Below, one piece after another: positions 11,424 through 23,774 of a stretch of DNA of 64,000 nucleotides. The DNA is from Lepidodermella squamata (Eukaryota; Animalia; Gastrotricha). The position numbers and the translations under genes are program-made. Below the pieces are notes generated by a model. That model was not told the DNA's origin and did not search any database. It worked only from the letters and a program-made list of their open reading frames with translations. Every line of letters starts with the position of its first letter. Position 1 is the stretch's first letter. Location of the stretch: positions 1,054,001 to 1,118,000 of the forward strand of contig JBLDXI010000055.1 in the NCBI GenBank assembly GCA_047495785.1, in the 5' to 3' direction.

Positions 11424-12807
11424 ATGTCAACAATAGCGATTTTGATTCGTTCTGGCTCTTTGTCACGTAGCGTTGCCTCTCGATACCTCCGTCCTCATGT
11501 AATTTCATACAATGGTCTTCGTTTTAATTCATCCTCGAAAGCTCCAGCTGCTGCATCAGGGCAGTATATCCCGGAACCTCCCACTCCAGGAGCACCGCAA
11601 ATTAGTTCACCGGTTTGTGTTTCTGCGCTTTGCGAATTTTTTGACAATATCATGCTTTTTCAGATTGAGTTATTCCAACCCGATCAGTTGAATGCGCTGG
11701 GCGAGCCTACGATTAGCAGCTTGGGTCTTGGAAGCTATTACACCCCTTGGGGCCTTTTCCAAAATGTTTTCGAGGCAATGCACGTTAATCTTCACCTGCC
11801 ATGGCTCGCATGCATCTCAGTTACAGCGATGGTCGTTCGTCTTGCAATTTTCCCATTTCTGATCAAGCAGCAACAGCGCAATGCGGAAATGGCTCGGTTA
11901 ATGCCTATTATGCAGGAAATTCAGGAAAAACTAAGCGAGATTAAGGCAACACGTAATATCACCAAAATGTCCACGGCGTTCCAACCCCATCACATTGCTG
12001 CTGTCGAGGTTTGATTTTACATTTAACGCCATGTCTATATTCAATTCGATGATCGTCTGCAGGAATATAAACGTGTCGGTGGAGTTTTTCGCAACTTGAA
12101 AGTTCCCCTGATTCAACTGCCTTTTGTTGTGACAATTTTCGTCAGTCTCCGTCAAATGGCCAATTTACCGGTTCCGTCTTTCAGAGATGCGGGTCTTTTT
12201 TGGTTCCCTGACTTGACGATGGCCGATCCTTATTACATTCTACCTGTCGCAACCTCCGTCCTATTCTGGCTGTCACTTGAATTCGGCTCGGAAGGCATGG
12301 CCTCGTCGGCTCTACCGGGGAATCGTGGGAAACTGCTGACACGAATCATCCCTCTCGCAATGTTACCATTTATGGTGATGTTTCCATCGGCTCTTTGTTG
12401 GTATTGGGCGTCTTCCAGTGCTCTTGGTCTTGCACAGGTAATTTAACAGAAAAATCCTGCTCGAAACAATTTTAATCTAATTTTATTCCGGCTAGCTTGG
12501 TGTAATGCGGATTCCTGGCGTTCGTGCTAAGTTTGGTTTGCCCGACAAAATTGACGCATCTGTGGCGAAAACAGCTGCAAAGGCTAATAATCTAGTTGCG
12601 GTGAAAGCTCCAGCCTCCAGTGATTCATGGTCTATCTCAAGCTGGTGGCAAGGCGTGAAAGAAAAACGCGACCGCGACCGAGCTCTTCGCGAAAGCGAAA
12701 ATATGGGTCGGTCAGACTACGAGAATTTCGTCAAAGCCGGCCAAGGCAAGATTCCGCGCACCTTCGAATACAACCCCAAGGACAAAAACCGACGAGTTTC
12801 CCAATAA
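11424..12807 (+). CDS. OXA1L: Mitochondrial inner-membrane insertase OXA1L; introns ~11613-11663, 12009-12062, 12438-12495
   Basis: Arg/Ser-rich presequence; LGLGSYYTPWG, LHLPW..I, LRQMANLPVPS..GLFWFPDLT.ADPYYILP, and a C-terminal TFEYNP. Confidence 0.92.
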
Positions 12808-13004
12808 ATAGCAACGTGCCGCCGCCTGCTTGTGTTTTTTAGTCAAATACCGTTCGTGTCCCTCGAATGCTTTCTCCATCAGAGTCAGCGCTACGTCACA
12901 AATAAAATTTATTGATAAAACTAGACTTAGCGAAGCTGTTGAGGACTTCAATCAAGAGACAGAAGGAAATAATAAAAATCGAAATTTTTACTTCTTCGTT
13001 GTTG

Positions 13005-14222
13005 ATTCATTCAACTTTCCCAATGCAAGCTTCCCAATGCAAGTTTACCAATGTGTAAAACTCACTCCAGGTGAGCTATTATTACGCGTAAACAAGCGCG
13101 TTCACGTCTTAGAGAGAACAACACGCGACAAACAGGGCGCGCGGGAGGTCGGAAAGCTGATTAACTTACTTATCATCGCCCTATAAAACTTGAAAACAGT
13201 TAACACCTCATACTTATGACCCTGACGTAGAGCATCCCGCTCTGAATTCTACTATTTTTGGGTTTTTCACACTTTGCCAACCACGTGAAATTGTAGAAAA
13301 TATCCGGCAAATACAGAATTATAGAGTAGTTTTGGGCTATCGAATTGACCTGGGTCATCGCTAGACTGAGAAACTGACGATTTTTTATGCCAAATTTGTC
13401 CAGGAAGCATATTTAGATGTGTCGAATAAGAACCCAGAAGTGCCGGAGTTGGGTCGCAGCGGCCGAACATAGGACGTTGCCGAATTAGGGCATCTTATAG
13501 CAAATCAGGAATTGAACAGAACTACTGCGCGAAGTGCGAGCGCGAATTCGGCGATGGCCGCGTCATAGCCCAACACAAATGTATCAAAAACTGCAAGCCG
13601 AAGTCGGCCGAAATGCGACGCAATTAGGTTAACACTGAGATTTTACCAAGACAGCGTTTACGGACGTTGTTCACGCGAACAACGGCGTGGAGGGCAATAA
13701 CAGCCGCTACAACCGTTCCGCGCGTTGTTGTCACCTTGCCTTTTGGCGGTTTTGTCACCTTATCATCACCATCGAAGACCATACAGATAGCGATTTGCTA
13801 CTGCAAGAGGCCGGTCAGCAGATCAAGAAGCATACAGCGAGATACCGCCGAATCGACGCCGCTATCAAGAAAATTACGGCGAAATACTCGAAGAAGCGCG
13901 CGGCTCTTATTAACGACGATGATGGCTGTTAAAAAATTAGCATTGAAAACGCTTATTCGTTTTGACATGAATCGCCTAGTATAATCGCCATAAAAGTGCG
14001 CGCAAGGTTAATGAATAGCGCAATAAAATGACACGATGCAAGCTTCCCCAATAATAAGCAATTTTGTTACTAATGGTTCTGGGTAAACTTGAATAAAATC
14101 TGCAGATTGGGAAGCGGATTAGAAGGAAATGCGTGCGTAACGGCTCAATTGCATTTTGGAGTGAGTTTTACACATTGGTAAACTTGCATTGGGAAACTTG
14201 CATTGGGAAAGTTGAAGACACC
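13005..14222. mobile_element. ~1.2 kb DNA transposon derivative with ~60-nt TIRs and decayed internal coding sequence
   Basis: ttcaactttcccaatgcaagcttcccaatgcaagtttaccaatgtgtaaaactcactcca (from 13010) is inverted at 14157-14216 with 1 mismatch. Direct repeat tcgttgttg at 12996-13004 and 14223-14231 is a candidate TSD. Confidence 0.85.
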
Positions 14223-14524
14223 TCGTTGTTGTTGTTTATAAATAGAAAATATTTTACAAAGCCCCGAGTGACAATTTATTTTTCATGATCTTGAGTTATT
14301 TTCTCATTTTTCACGGCTGGGTTTCTATAAAGTAAGATTAATAAGTATAATGATGCGCACTGTTACGCCAAACAAACGTCGCTGCACACTCAATTTATCG
14401 CAAAATACCAAAGTACAGTACGCAATTAAATATATATCAGCATATTGATAGCAAGAGAGGGGTACATAACACTGATGGAGGTTCAATCATTCGATCAAAT
14501 TTCTCGAGCTGACGACGCGGCTTG

Positions 14525-15178
14525 TCACGGCTTGTCGCGCAACCGGGGTGACTCATCGCTCGGCATTGCCCGGCCGTTTTCGAAGTCCCAACCGAACTCG
14601 GCTGTACAGAACGAGTTGTCGCTGAGCACGCTTGAAGAGGCGTTGTTGAAAGAATCGTCCATAAAACTGTTGTCTTTGAACAGAGCCACTCTCCGCAAAT
14701 ACCTGAAACAGATTAAGGGGGATTTCAGCTTTTTTATCAATTTTCCTACTAGTATTTCTAGAACTTACTTTGATTCAACGGTAGGGGGTGTGGATGAAAT
14801 TGCGAGCTTAGCCCACTCGTGGGGCGAGTAGACACCGTCGAGACCGGGAACAAAGTATAGCGTATCTTCTTCTTCGTCATGGCTGTCATTCTCGTCGTCG
14901 TTGATCGCTCGTGGCGCCGTCGGCCAGACAGCGCCGTTCGTTGACAACTGCTCACAGGCTGGGGCTTTTCGTATCCGCGGCATATCCCCCGGCATTTCTT
15001 TGCCAGAAACAAACTTCGGCGGCACTGAAATTGTGTTGACCAGCCGATCGCGGTCTTTTATGTAAGTTGTAAGTGGCGAGCCGTAGAAAGTCGGAGGCGA
15101 GAAGTCGTCATCGTCGTAGCTACCCGCAGTTGTGTTCATAACCAACTTGGGCGGCGTCGAAGTTGTCGGGAACTGCAT
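14525..15178 (-). CDS. Small disordered protein, 2 exons (intron ~14704-14769); possible C-terminal CIP/KIP-like motif
   Basis: ATG at 15178; a strong gtaagt donor and tttcag acceptor join the frames. S/T-P rich, with C-terminal RRVALF...EFGWDFENGRAMP. Confidence 0.55.
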
Positions 15179-15538
15179 GCCAACAAAAAAAAATCGGTTC
15201 ACACGTACTAGAGAACAAGATGAACAAGAAGCGGTAAATAACCACGTGGCGAATGGCTTTTTTTTAGGGTAATTGAGCTATTTTGAACAAAACAGCTGTG
15301 CTCGATTATCGGCGTGTGTGCGTGTGGTTCTGTGTTGCGATTGTGACTAATAACTGAACAAAACGAGTCAGAAATTACGTTCGCCCGAAACTAAGACGAA
15401 CTGCGTCATCGCTTCGCACGTGGCTGATTGCGCAATCGTGACACGCGACTCGTTTCGACATCAGGAATAAATAGAAGAGTCATGATAAAACCGCAAAAAA
15501 ACGCAATGCAGGAAAAAAATCAAGCGAAACAAGTTTTT

Positions 15539-18500
15539 TTATTTTAAATGCAAAGCGATAATAACAATCAGAACAAACACACCTATTGCAACACCCACGG
15601 CGGAGCCTATGATGGCATTTGTCGTCGAAGCGGTGATTTCTTCGCCAACAATATCAGAAAAGGCATTCGACGCAAACTCGAATTCTCTGATGAATTTCGA
15701 AGTTGTGTTGAAATGATCGTTACCGAAATTCAGCGTAACAGAATGCTTCAAGCGTCTCGCATCGCTAAATAACGGGGCTGATGGTGTCCCTAAGAAGTCG
15801 ATGGGCAACGGATTGCCATCCTCGACAAATGCTGCCCAAATAGGAATTATTTGAACGACGTAATAATCAGCTGGAAGTTTCAGGCAAGGCGTGATTGATT
15901 CGAAAAATAACCCCTGATGATTAGGAAGATTCAATTTTTCGTAAAACAGCTCCGTCGCTTTTTCGATGTAAAAATGAGGAAAGTCGGCAATGAGTGTTGC
16001 AAGTTTAACGGCGCCTTTCAATTGGTATTCACCGGACAAGACACTATCAACAGGGGTCGCTATAATCTCGTACGAATGAAGGACCAACCCTGAAACACGT
16101 GTTTTCGCCATCGACCAAGAAATGTTCCAGGCTATCATATCTCCTTTAACCGTTTCTTCCAAATGAAGATTCGACGGCCTGAACGTTTCTGAAATCAGAA
16201 ATTAAATATTGCAAGGGCAACAGCGTAAAAATTACCTATAGCATCGTGGTCTTTGTGCACAGTTATCGCACCCACAATGCCTGCGGATGAAACGTCCGAA
16301 AATTCCGCCGCTAGGAAATGAAAATCGGCTGACATGACAATCTGCAAGCTTTCAACATGACTGTCCAATCCTTCGATTTCAGCGTAATGAGAGGTGGGCG
16401 AAACGCTTGATGTAATTGAAGTTTTGAGGCGGTGGCAGCCCAGACAAGCCAGAAATTTCGACTTCTCGGCGGTGGCAATTTCTGAGGGTAATTTCGCTGA
16501 TGCGGGGCATTGATAAAAGCAGAATGAAACGCTAAAATCGTATCGGCTCAAATCATTTGTAGACCAATGAAGTAAAATTTTCGATTTCGACACCAAAAGC
16601 CATGTAAAGTCGGTCGCTTTGAAAATAGGCGGCACCATTTTAGAGGCCTAAAAACCCATCAAATGAATTAGCAGACGAGGTTAAGCATTCAACAGACCAG
16701 TTCGACATCAGCACAGCTGAGTCCAATTTCATGGCCGTCATCAATTCGATCGAGATCCGCGAAATTAACTCGACCAGCGCACTTGTCGATAGGTTCTTTT
16801 CGAATAATCGCTTTCGAATTATCGACGAGAAATTTGAGAGAAGCGTGGCATTCACTTGAAGTGGCGGCAAAATTACGGCACATCGGCAGTTGCCATGCGA
16901 CTACTAAATTGCGACCCTCTCGCTCAGCTATGATGACAGCCGAGCTTTCAGGGGTTCGGTAGCTGTAGCAATCGGATGCTATCTAAACGAAAAATTACGA
17001 TACAGTGAGAAATCGAGCAACGCTATCAGTTACCATTAAGCAGTGATCAGTTGCTGGCATCAGTTTGGCAAATGCGAGAGGAAGTTGGGTGATTTCTCCG
17101 GTTACTAATCCGATCGAATCGTTACTAAATTGTGGGTCGAGGCAGTTGCAAGACGGATGAATCACTACCTTGTTGTCGGTTCCGATAAATTCAGGAATTT
17201 CCTCATGGGGAAATAAGCGATCGGAAGTGACTTCGGTGTAAAATTCTGACGCGCTGCTAGACTGAAGGCATACGAACGTTGAACCTGATTTCTGTTCGTT
17301 AACTTCTAAGCTGGGATGTCCAGATGTGCTATCGTCAAAGTACGGCAAATCAGCGAGTTCGGAAGTTGCCGTGATATCGTGATCATCAGCCAGCGATTTA
17401 ACAAACACCGAGTACGAAATCGAAGTGCGACAGAGCAGCTGATCTGTTATGAAAAAATCTGGCAGATCTCTGAACGCGGCCGTTAAAATCCCTTCGCCAG
17501 ATTGGGTGACGAGAAAGGCCCCTAAAAAGTGAGTAGTCGCGCCGGGTCCCAAATCGCCCAGGCAATGCCGACCTTCAGACTCAGAATGAGACACTTCTCG
17601 GTGTCGGATTATTCCAACGGCGATTTTCCGCACAGGTATATCGACAGCCTGCTCCGAGCCAGGTGCCACTAGGGTTAGAACAGGCGACGAGAATGTAACT
17701 TGCACCCACTTATCTTGAATTGCAACTTCAGTGATTTCACCTGGCGTAAGGCTTACATCAGCATTCGACGTCGTTGACACCACGTTTAGATAAATGATGC
17801 TCGATGCAGGCGAATACTCGCCATTTGGAAAACACTGGTAGTAACCGCCATTTCTTGCGTTGGCGTGGTAAATTGTTAAATTCGACCAAACAAGAAATTC
17901 GTCCACAATGCGTCGGTCCACGTTGTAATCCCCGTTAGCACCCCCGTCGCTTTCATTCAAGGCGAGAGGCGAGCCGTTGAAATACCATTTTGAAGCAAAC
18001 GCCCTGGGACTGGTTCTATTCCTGGCGATACTTAGACATGGCAATGTGGCATGTGTCAACGCAGGTATTTCAAAGTCCTGAATAATCGAAACCGATATAT
18101 CATCGTTGCTTATTATTTCTGCCTCATCATTGAGGCAATAATCTAAAAATGAAAGCTTTTAAAATAAATAGGTCTCGCAGGCAAATCATCGAACTCAAAC
18201 CTTGCCCAAGCAATATCACTGCTGTCTTTGACCTGATTGTCCCAGTTGAGTTAGAACTCAGCAAGCACCATACGTGAAATTCACAAGTTCCCTCGCAAGT
18301 TAATTCCAGGGAAGATTGTACTGACCCATTAACAGCAACATGGAACAAATTCGCGATATTTTTTCCAGGTTCACCGCGGCTAACATGCCAATCGATAACA
18401 TCGTCGCTGTTTTCAGCTGCATCGCAATTAAGCTGATGATTTTTCAGGTGAGAACAGAAACTGGATGGTTCTTTAATAAACCCAAAACTTGAATTACTGG

Positions 18501-18621
18501 CGGTTGAATTCGAATCATCGATGATACATTTTGCGTGAGTAGCGGGAAAAAACCCGAGTAAGATCGCAGCGAGAAGAACCCAATGAGAGTAACATGCTTT
18601 CTTAGCTGTTTGCCAACGCAT
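15539..18621 (-). CDS. Type I membrane protein: signal peptide, Ig-like domains, FN3-like repeats, TM, virtually no cytoplasmic tail (paralog A)
   Basis: Signal peptide WVLLAAILLGFFPATHA; Ig motif ATLPC..KWYFNG..SNLTI..GYYQC; FN3-like LLHWS and YVVQIIPIW; TM AIIGSAVGVAIGVFVLIVIIAL followed by HLK*. Several short introns. Confidence 0.75.
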
Positions 18622-20046
18622 GGCGACGATGACAATTTGCTGTCTTTCGATCAATCGGAAGGAAGAAAAAAATTGTTTGAATTTACGCCAATATAAAAAC
18701 GCTAATTCGAACCAGACGACCCCGCTGTCCGCACTTTCACTGCCCGGTCTCATTCCGTCAACGACCGCGCAGTAGCAATAAAAACACACCGCCTTGACAT
18801 GTTCAATAGCCGCGCACCCGGTCAAATTATGCCACTACTCGTGACCCAATTGCGAGTATAAAACAACCGGCGATTTAAAATTCCGTCCATCTTTTATTTC
18901 AAGTCCGTGATAATTCAGCATTTTATCCGCGATAAAAAAGTAAACAGATGCGCTCAGAGCAGCGAAAAATACGCCAATTACAAATAGAAGTCACACGAAA
19001 GAATTTTAGAATTTCCACACGCACACACATTTACAAAGTTTTTCCTCGTTAACGTCATCCTCCGTCATCATCAACGCTTCCCTCCAATCAGGCGAATAAC
19101 CGGAGTACATCTGCCGTGTGAACACAGCGGATAAACACTTTGGCGCTTGAATCATGTTCCCTCTCAAAAATAAGGTTTAAACGCTTCTCAAAAATAAGCG
19201 GATAGAGTTTACACAATAATAAAAATAGCTGAAAGTGAGCAAGAATTCATCAATACGTATTAGCTGTGATATTTCACAATTATTATTATTATTTTTGGAC
19301 AAAAAATAGATGAATGAAGAGTGTTTTCAGAAGAATCTGATCACGATAGATAGGTATATATCATAAATAGTAAAGCTTATATTGCAAAGAAAATAAGCAC
19401 AGTATATCAAGAAGTTTTCAAATTACACGCATCCTCGCATTGTATGAATATTTGTGACAACAGGGTTAAAATGAATGTTTCAAGGTCGTGCTGCAACAAA
19501 CAATTCTAGGCGATTTATTACAAAATTTATAGGTGTCAACAACAATTTTTTTATATTTTAGTGTGGTAAAGATTTCAACAGCATTTTTCAGGTGTCATCA
19601 TTTGTCAGGTATGTTTATAGTTCACATTTTATATACTTAACTATGTTTTTAAAGCAATAAGTTGACACGCTAAATTGCATCATAATAATCAGCTTTTTTT
19701 AACAGCATCATGTAAGGTCAAAAATAGGTGTTTTATCAACTCTTTGGAAATTGCGGCAATAAGAACTTGCGTCAAAATTGGCGAAAAAAAATCAACACGA
19801 TGAGCGAGAATTCTAAAGCATAGTTAAAAACACAGCGCGCCAATATGAAAAACTGGCACCAGGTATTGAAGTCAATAAACGCATCATAGTGATCAGATTT
19901 AAGATAAAATAAAAAACTACGCACCGTTATAGGCTCAGTACGGCGCGGGTGAAATACCGAGGTAGAGACGACACAGTAACAACGTAGGAAACAAAAAATC
20001 AGCAATTTTCTTTTCTAAGGAAAGGAGCTAGAATTGTGAAATCATG

Positions 20047-23000
20047 TCAAGCTTCAACGCAGTTTACAGAGGTGAGAAGGGGCGCTGACCGGTTATTAGT
20101 GACACCTGGGGTGCGCGACTCGGCAGTTAGGAACGCACTACCTTCCTGTGGGTCCTGCTGCTCGGTTTCGGTGGACCGGGGTGACAGCGAATCTGAGTAT
20201 TTTACAACATAGCGCCGCACCTGGCACCGGTATACGAGGTACATTGCCGCGAGTAGAAGGGTCAAGAACACGACACACGTGATAACGATAGGTAGAGGCA
20301 GTAGGGACGCGAGAAAGTCGCTTGAACCCGCCGATTTATTATCATCCTGCTGCTGGCCCAGTGTTCGCAACAGATCATCGTGAGACAGCGCGCGTTCCCT
20401 TAGCCTCGACAACTTCGCTTCAGAATTAAGGCGGAACATGAAGGGTTCTGACGGCGCTCCGTCAATAATTATAGTCGCGTTATCCACCTCGCGCGCTTGT
20501 TTCCACGACCAAACCGGCGTGACCTGAACGATGTAGGAGCTGGCAAGAGCTCGTGAACATGCCTCGACACGCCACAGCAGCTCGTTTGTTGCGTTGCTAA
20601 TGACATAGCTGTTCTGCCCAGGTGCAACAACACGCACAAGCCCGGGTTCATCACCGGCGAAAACTGGCAGCACTTGGACGGTGTACGAGACAAGGGTCAA
20701 TGCAGAGTCATTCGAAGGCCCTTTCCAAGTAACGGTCCAATCGGCATTCTGACTAGCTGACATTGAGACCTTCGTCGGACGGTGGCGATCTGAAATACAG
20801 GAAAATACACACTTATTTCTACGTATATGTATTGCTTTAGTGCTTTGTATATTATTGTCTTTTTAATTATATTTTTATGCTTAGAATTAAAGAATTAATT
20901 TTGGCATCACACGCATTGACATGAACAACGCGTCCGTTGACTCATTAAATTACTGCAGCAACTAATTTGCTGGTATACGTGTCATCATTAATAGTTCAGA
21001 TTCAAGGAAAATGTTGAAGTAAACAGCTAGCACAATTAAGGGAAGAGACAAGTATAGCCTTAACCACGTCAAAATAACATGATGAGACAGCTAAATCTGG
21101 AAAAAATTATCCCATGCGTTCCACTCAATGCTGATAAGTTTAACGAGTGCATTTAGAAAATTGAGGGCAAATTCGAACAAACCTATCTGTTCATCGACCA
21201 CCGACACGTTGATACGACCGACAATACCAACAGGCACCATTTCATGTAGTTGCGGAGTTTCATAATCTTGCATAGCCACGTAATCTTTCCCTAAAAAGTC
21301 AACAGGTGAGACAGTGAATGTGATGTAAGAACTAAATGTACCTGAGTCAATATATAGGGTAACATCGGCCCATACTACAAATTGAAGATTCGAAGCGTTC
21401 TCGTCGAATCCGTTGAGTTCGGCGTGCATTTCATCGCCAGGGCTGACGGAAATAGCTGAGACGCGACAAACAAAACGACAGCCGAGGCATTCCAGCTGCC
21501 GTTTGTCTATCGAATGGCCATCAGGCGGCAATTGCGTCGACGGTAAACACGCGTAAATCGAAAAACTGATCTCAGTCACTAGATGATTTTCCGCTGGATC
21601 GTCGACAAATCCGGCTACAGTCCACGAAAGCACAATTCGCGATCGAGATACGACAAAGGCACCGAGGTTTTTTATGCTGAATAAGGCAGGGACAGCCAGC
21701 GAACTCTGAAATCAATTCGAAAATTATACAAATTATACGAATTGATTGAGCTACCAAGTCCTGAGATTTGTCGTAGGACAGCGCGATGTCATGCCGTGAA
21801 GTGAAATGCTCGACATTTTCGAACTCAACTCGCCCCGAGCAGTTGGTAACCGGAATCGCCGAGCGAGTTTCTCGGTACTGAAGGGCGATGGTCCAGTTGT
21901 AAGACTTCGCCAGTTGCCGGTGGCAATGCGCCATGTACCAAGATACGGCAATTCTACGATCGGCCATCCTTTCGTATGACAACGGGTGTTGGGGCAGGTG
22001 CTTCGCCGAGCCTTGAGCGTCAGTCTTTAGAACCCCAGGCGCGAAGTAATCAGTGCATTGAGCAACACCTGCAGACTTGTACTGTGAATCAAAGAGTTAA
22101 TCAATTACCTAGTAATCATTATTTCAATTCTCTTACCGAAAAACAGTGGCTGGTATTGGGGGTTAACCCGGTAGTAGCATATGAGACATGAGATATTGTG
22201 ATTTCTCGAGATAACGGGTTGTTCGTGTTGATCAAATACGAATGGTTTTCCTCGTCTGAATCACAGGGACAGGTGCAATACGGCGTTACGACAACACGCT
22301 CGGGTCGTTCGAGTTCGGTTGGAGAGCTGACTTGATTCGGCTCTCTAGCAGCCATTAGCGACCCTCTTGATTTCGAGCCAATACAGGCAAAGTGGGCAGA
22401 TCTAGGCACGTCAACATAAAACCGCAGCTTTTCATCCTTAAGCGGGCGATTTTCGAATGTGAAAGGAAACAGCCGTGAATGCGCGGTGGCATTCATTGGA
22501 AATGAGAAAAATTTGATGAATAAATGATAGGAGAAATAGTTAGAGCAGCTTGGAAGAAAATGTGAAGGAATTTGCAGTTCTGCCGTGTCGACCAAAGGCT
22601 CCGCGGTGAACATCTCACTAAACCACGTTTCAGCACTCGGGACATTCAGACCAGTCAAGCAATCGAATTCACGCATGTCCAATAGCTTCAAAACTTGTTT
22701 ACGCTGACGGACGATGCCGATCTGGTAATTAAGCGGTGTTTTGAGGTAAATGCTTGGCACCAAAGTGTCGCTTTTCTCCGATGAAATTTCAGAGCTGTTG
22801 AATGTCACTTTCAATTCGCGGTTGGCAGAGAGAGATGCGCCGCGTATTTCAGGTTGAGTCAAAATGGCTTGTTTGGCTGAAGATCCGACTACTTCAAGGT
22901 AGATAATGTTGAAATCTGAGGGTTGAAATTCGCCTCCGATGAAGCATTGGTAGTAACCCGTATGACTTGAGTTAGCATTGTATATCGTCAGATTGCTCCA

Positions 23001-23639
23001 CAGAAAATAGTCGTCTTTCATGCGACGCTCAACGTTGTACGTACCATCTGCTTCCAAGTCGCCGTCGAATAACCGCAAGCCATTTTTGTACCAATTCGTC
23101 GAAAAATAGTAACTCGACTGGCTTTCCGCGTGCTTCGGAGCTAGGGTCATGCAAGGTAGAGTGGCATTTGACATATGGGGCACCTTGATAGACAGATACC
23201 GCGGCTCTGGGCTCTGTAAGCTGTAACTTTCAAATTCTGTACACCGGCCGAATTCGACGAAAGCGACCCGGCTAAGCACGGTCAATGATTTAGACACGTA
23301 AATACTGCATTGCACCTTCAGCTGACAATTTTGACCACAAGTTACCGTTATAGTTCCATTGCTACCGGTTTTGTAGGGGTATTTTTTACCCGAATCGATC
23401 GATATAACACGCCATTTCACCTCGAGATTTCTCGATTTCAGGAGATAGGCCGCCGAACACTGGGCCTGGTAGACGCCCGACTCGGATAAACACGCCGAGA
23501 TGGGTTGATTCAAGAACGCGATCAAATTTTCATCGCCAGATTCGTGAAGGCAGGGACGATCGGACAGTAGCGGGCTAATCGAGTTCACGGGGCCGATTTT
23601 CAGACAAAATATTAGCAGAAACGTCCAATATATTAACAT
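20047..23639 (-). CDS. Type I membrane protein: signal peptide, Ig-like domains, FN3-like repeats, TM, ~65-aa tail (paralog B)
   Basis: Signal MLIYWTFLLIFCLKIG; Ig motif ATLPC..NWYKNG..WSNLTI..GYYQC; FN3-like VTWKGP, YTVQV and YIVQVTPVW; TM LPLPIVITCVVFLTLLLAAMYLVY. Confidence 0.78.
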
Positions 23640-23774
23640 CACATGCTGCTGGCTTGAAATTAGCGTGAAACTATCCCTCCGTCACATTAGTTCGTAAAAG
23701 TATCTACAAATAGGAGTAAGCGCTATTAATTAAGGTGGGGATTTTCATATCGTCATTGAGCAATCAAAACAAGA

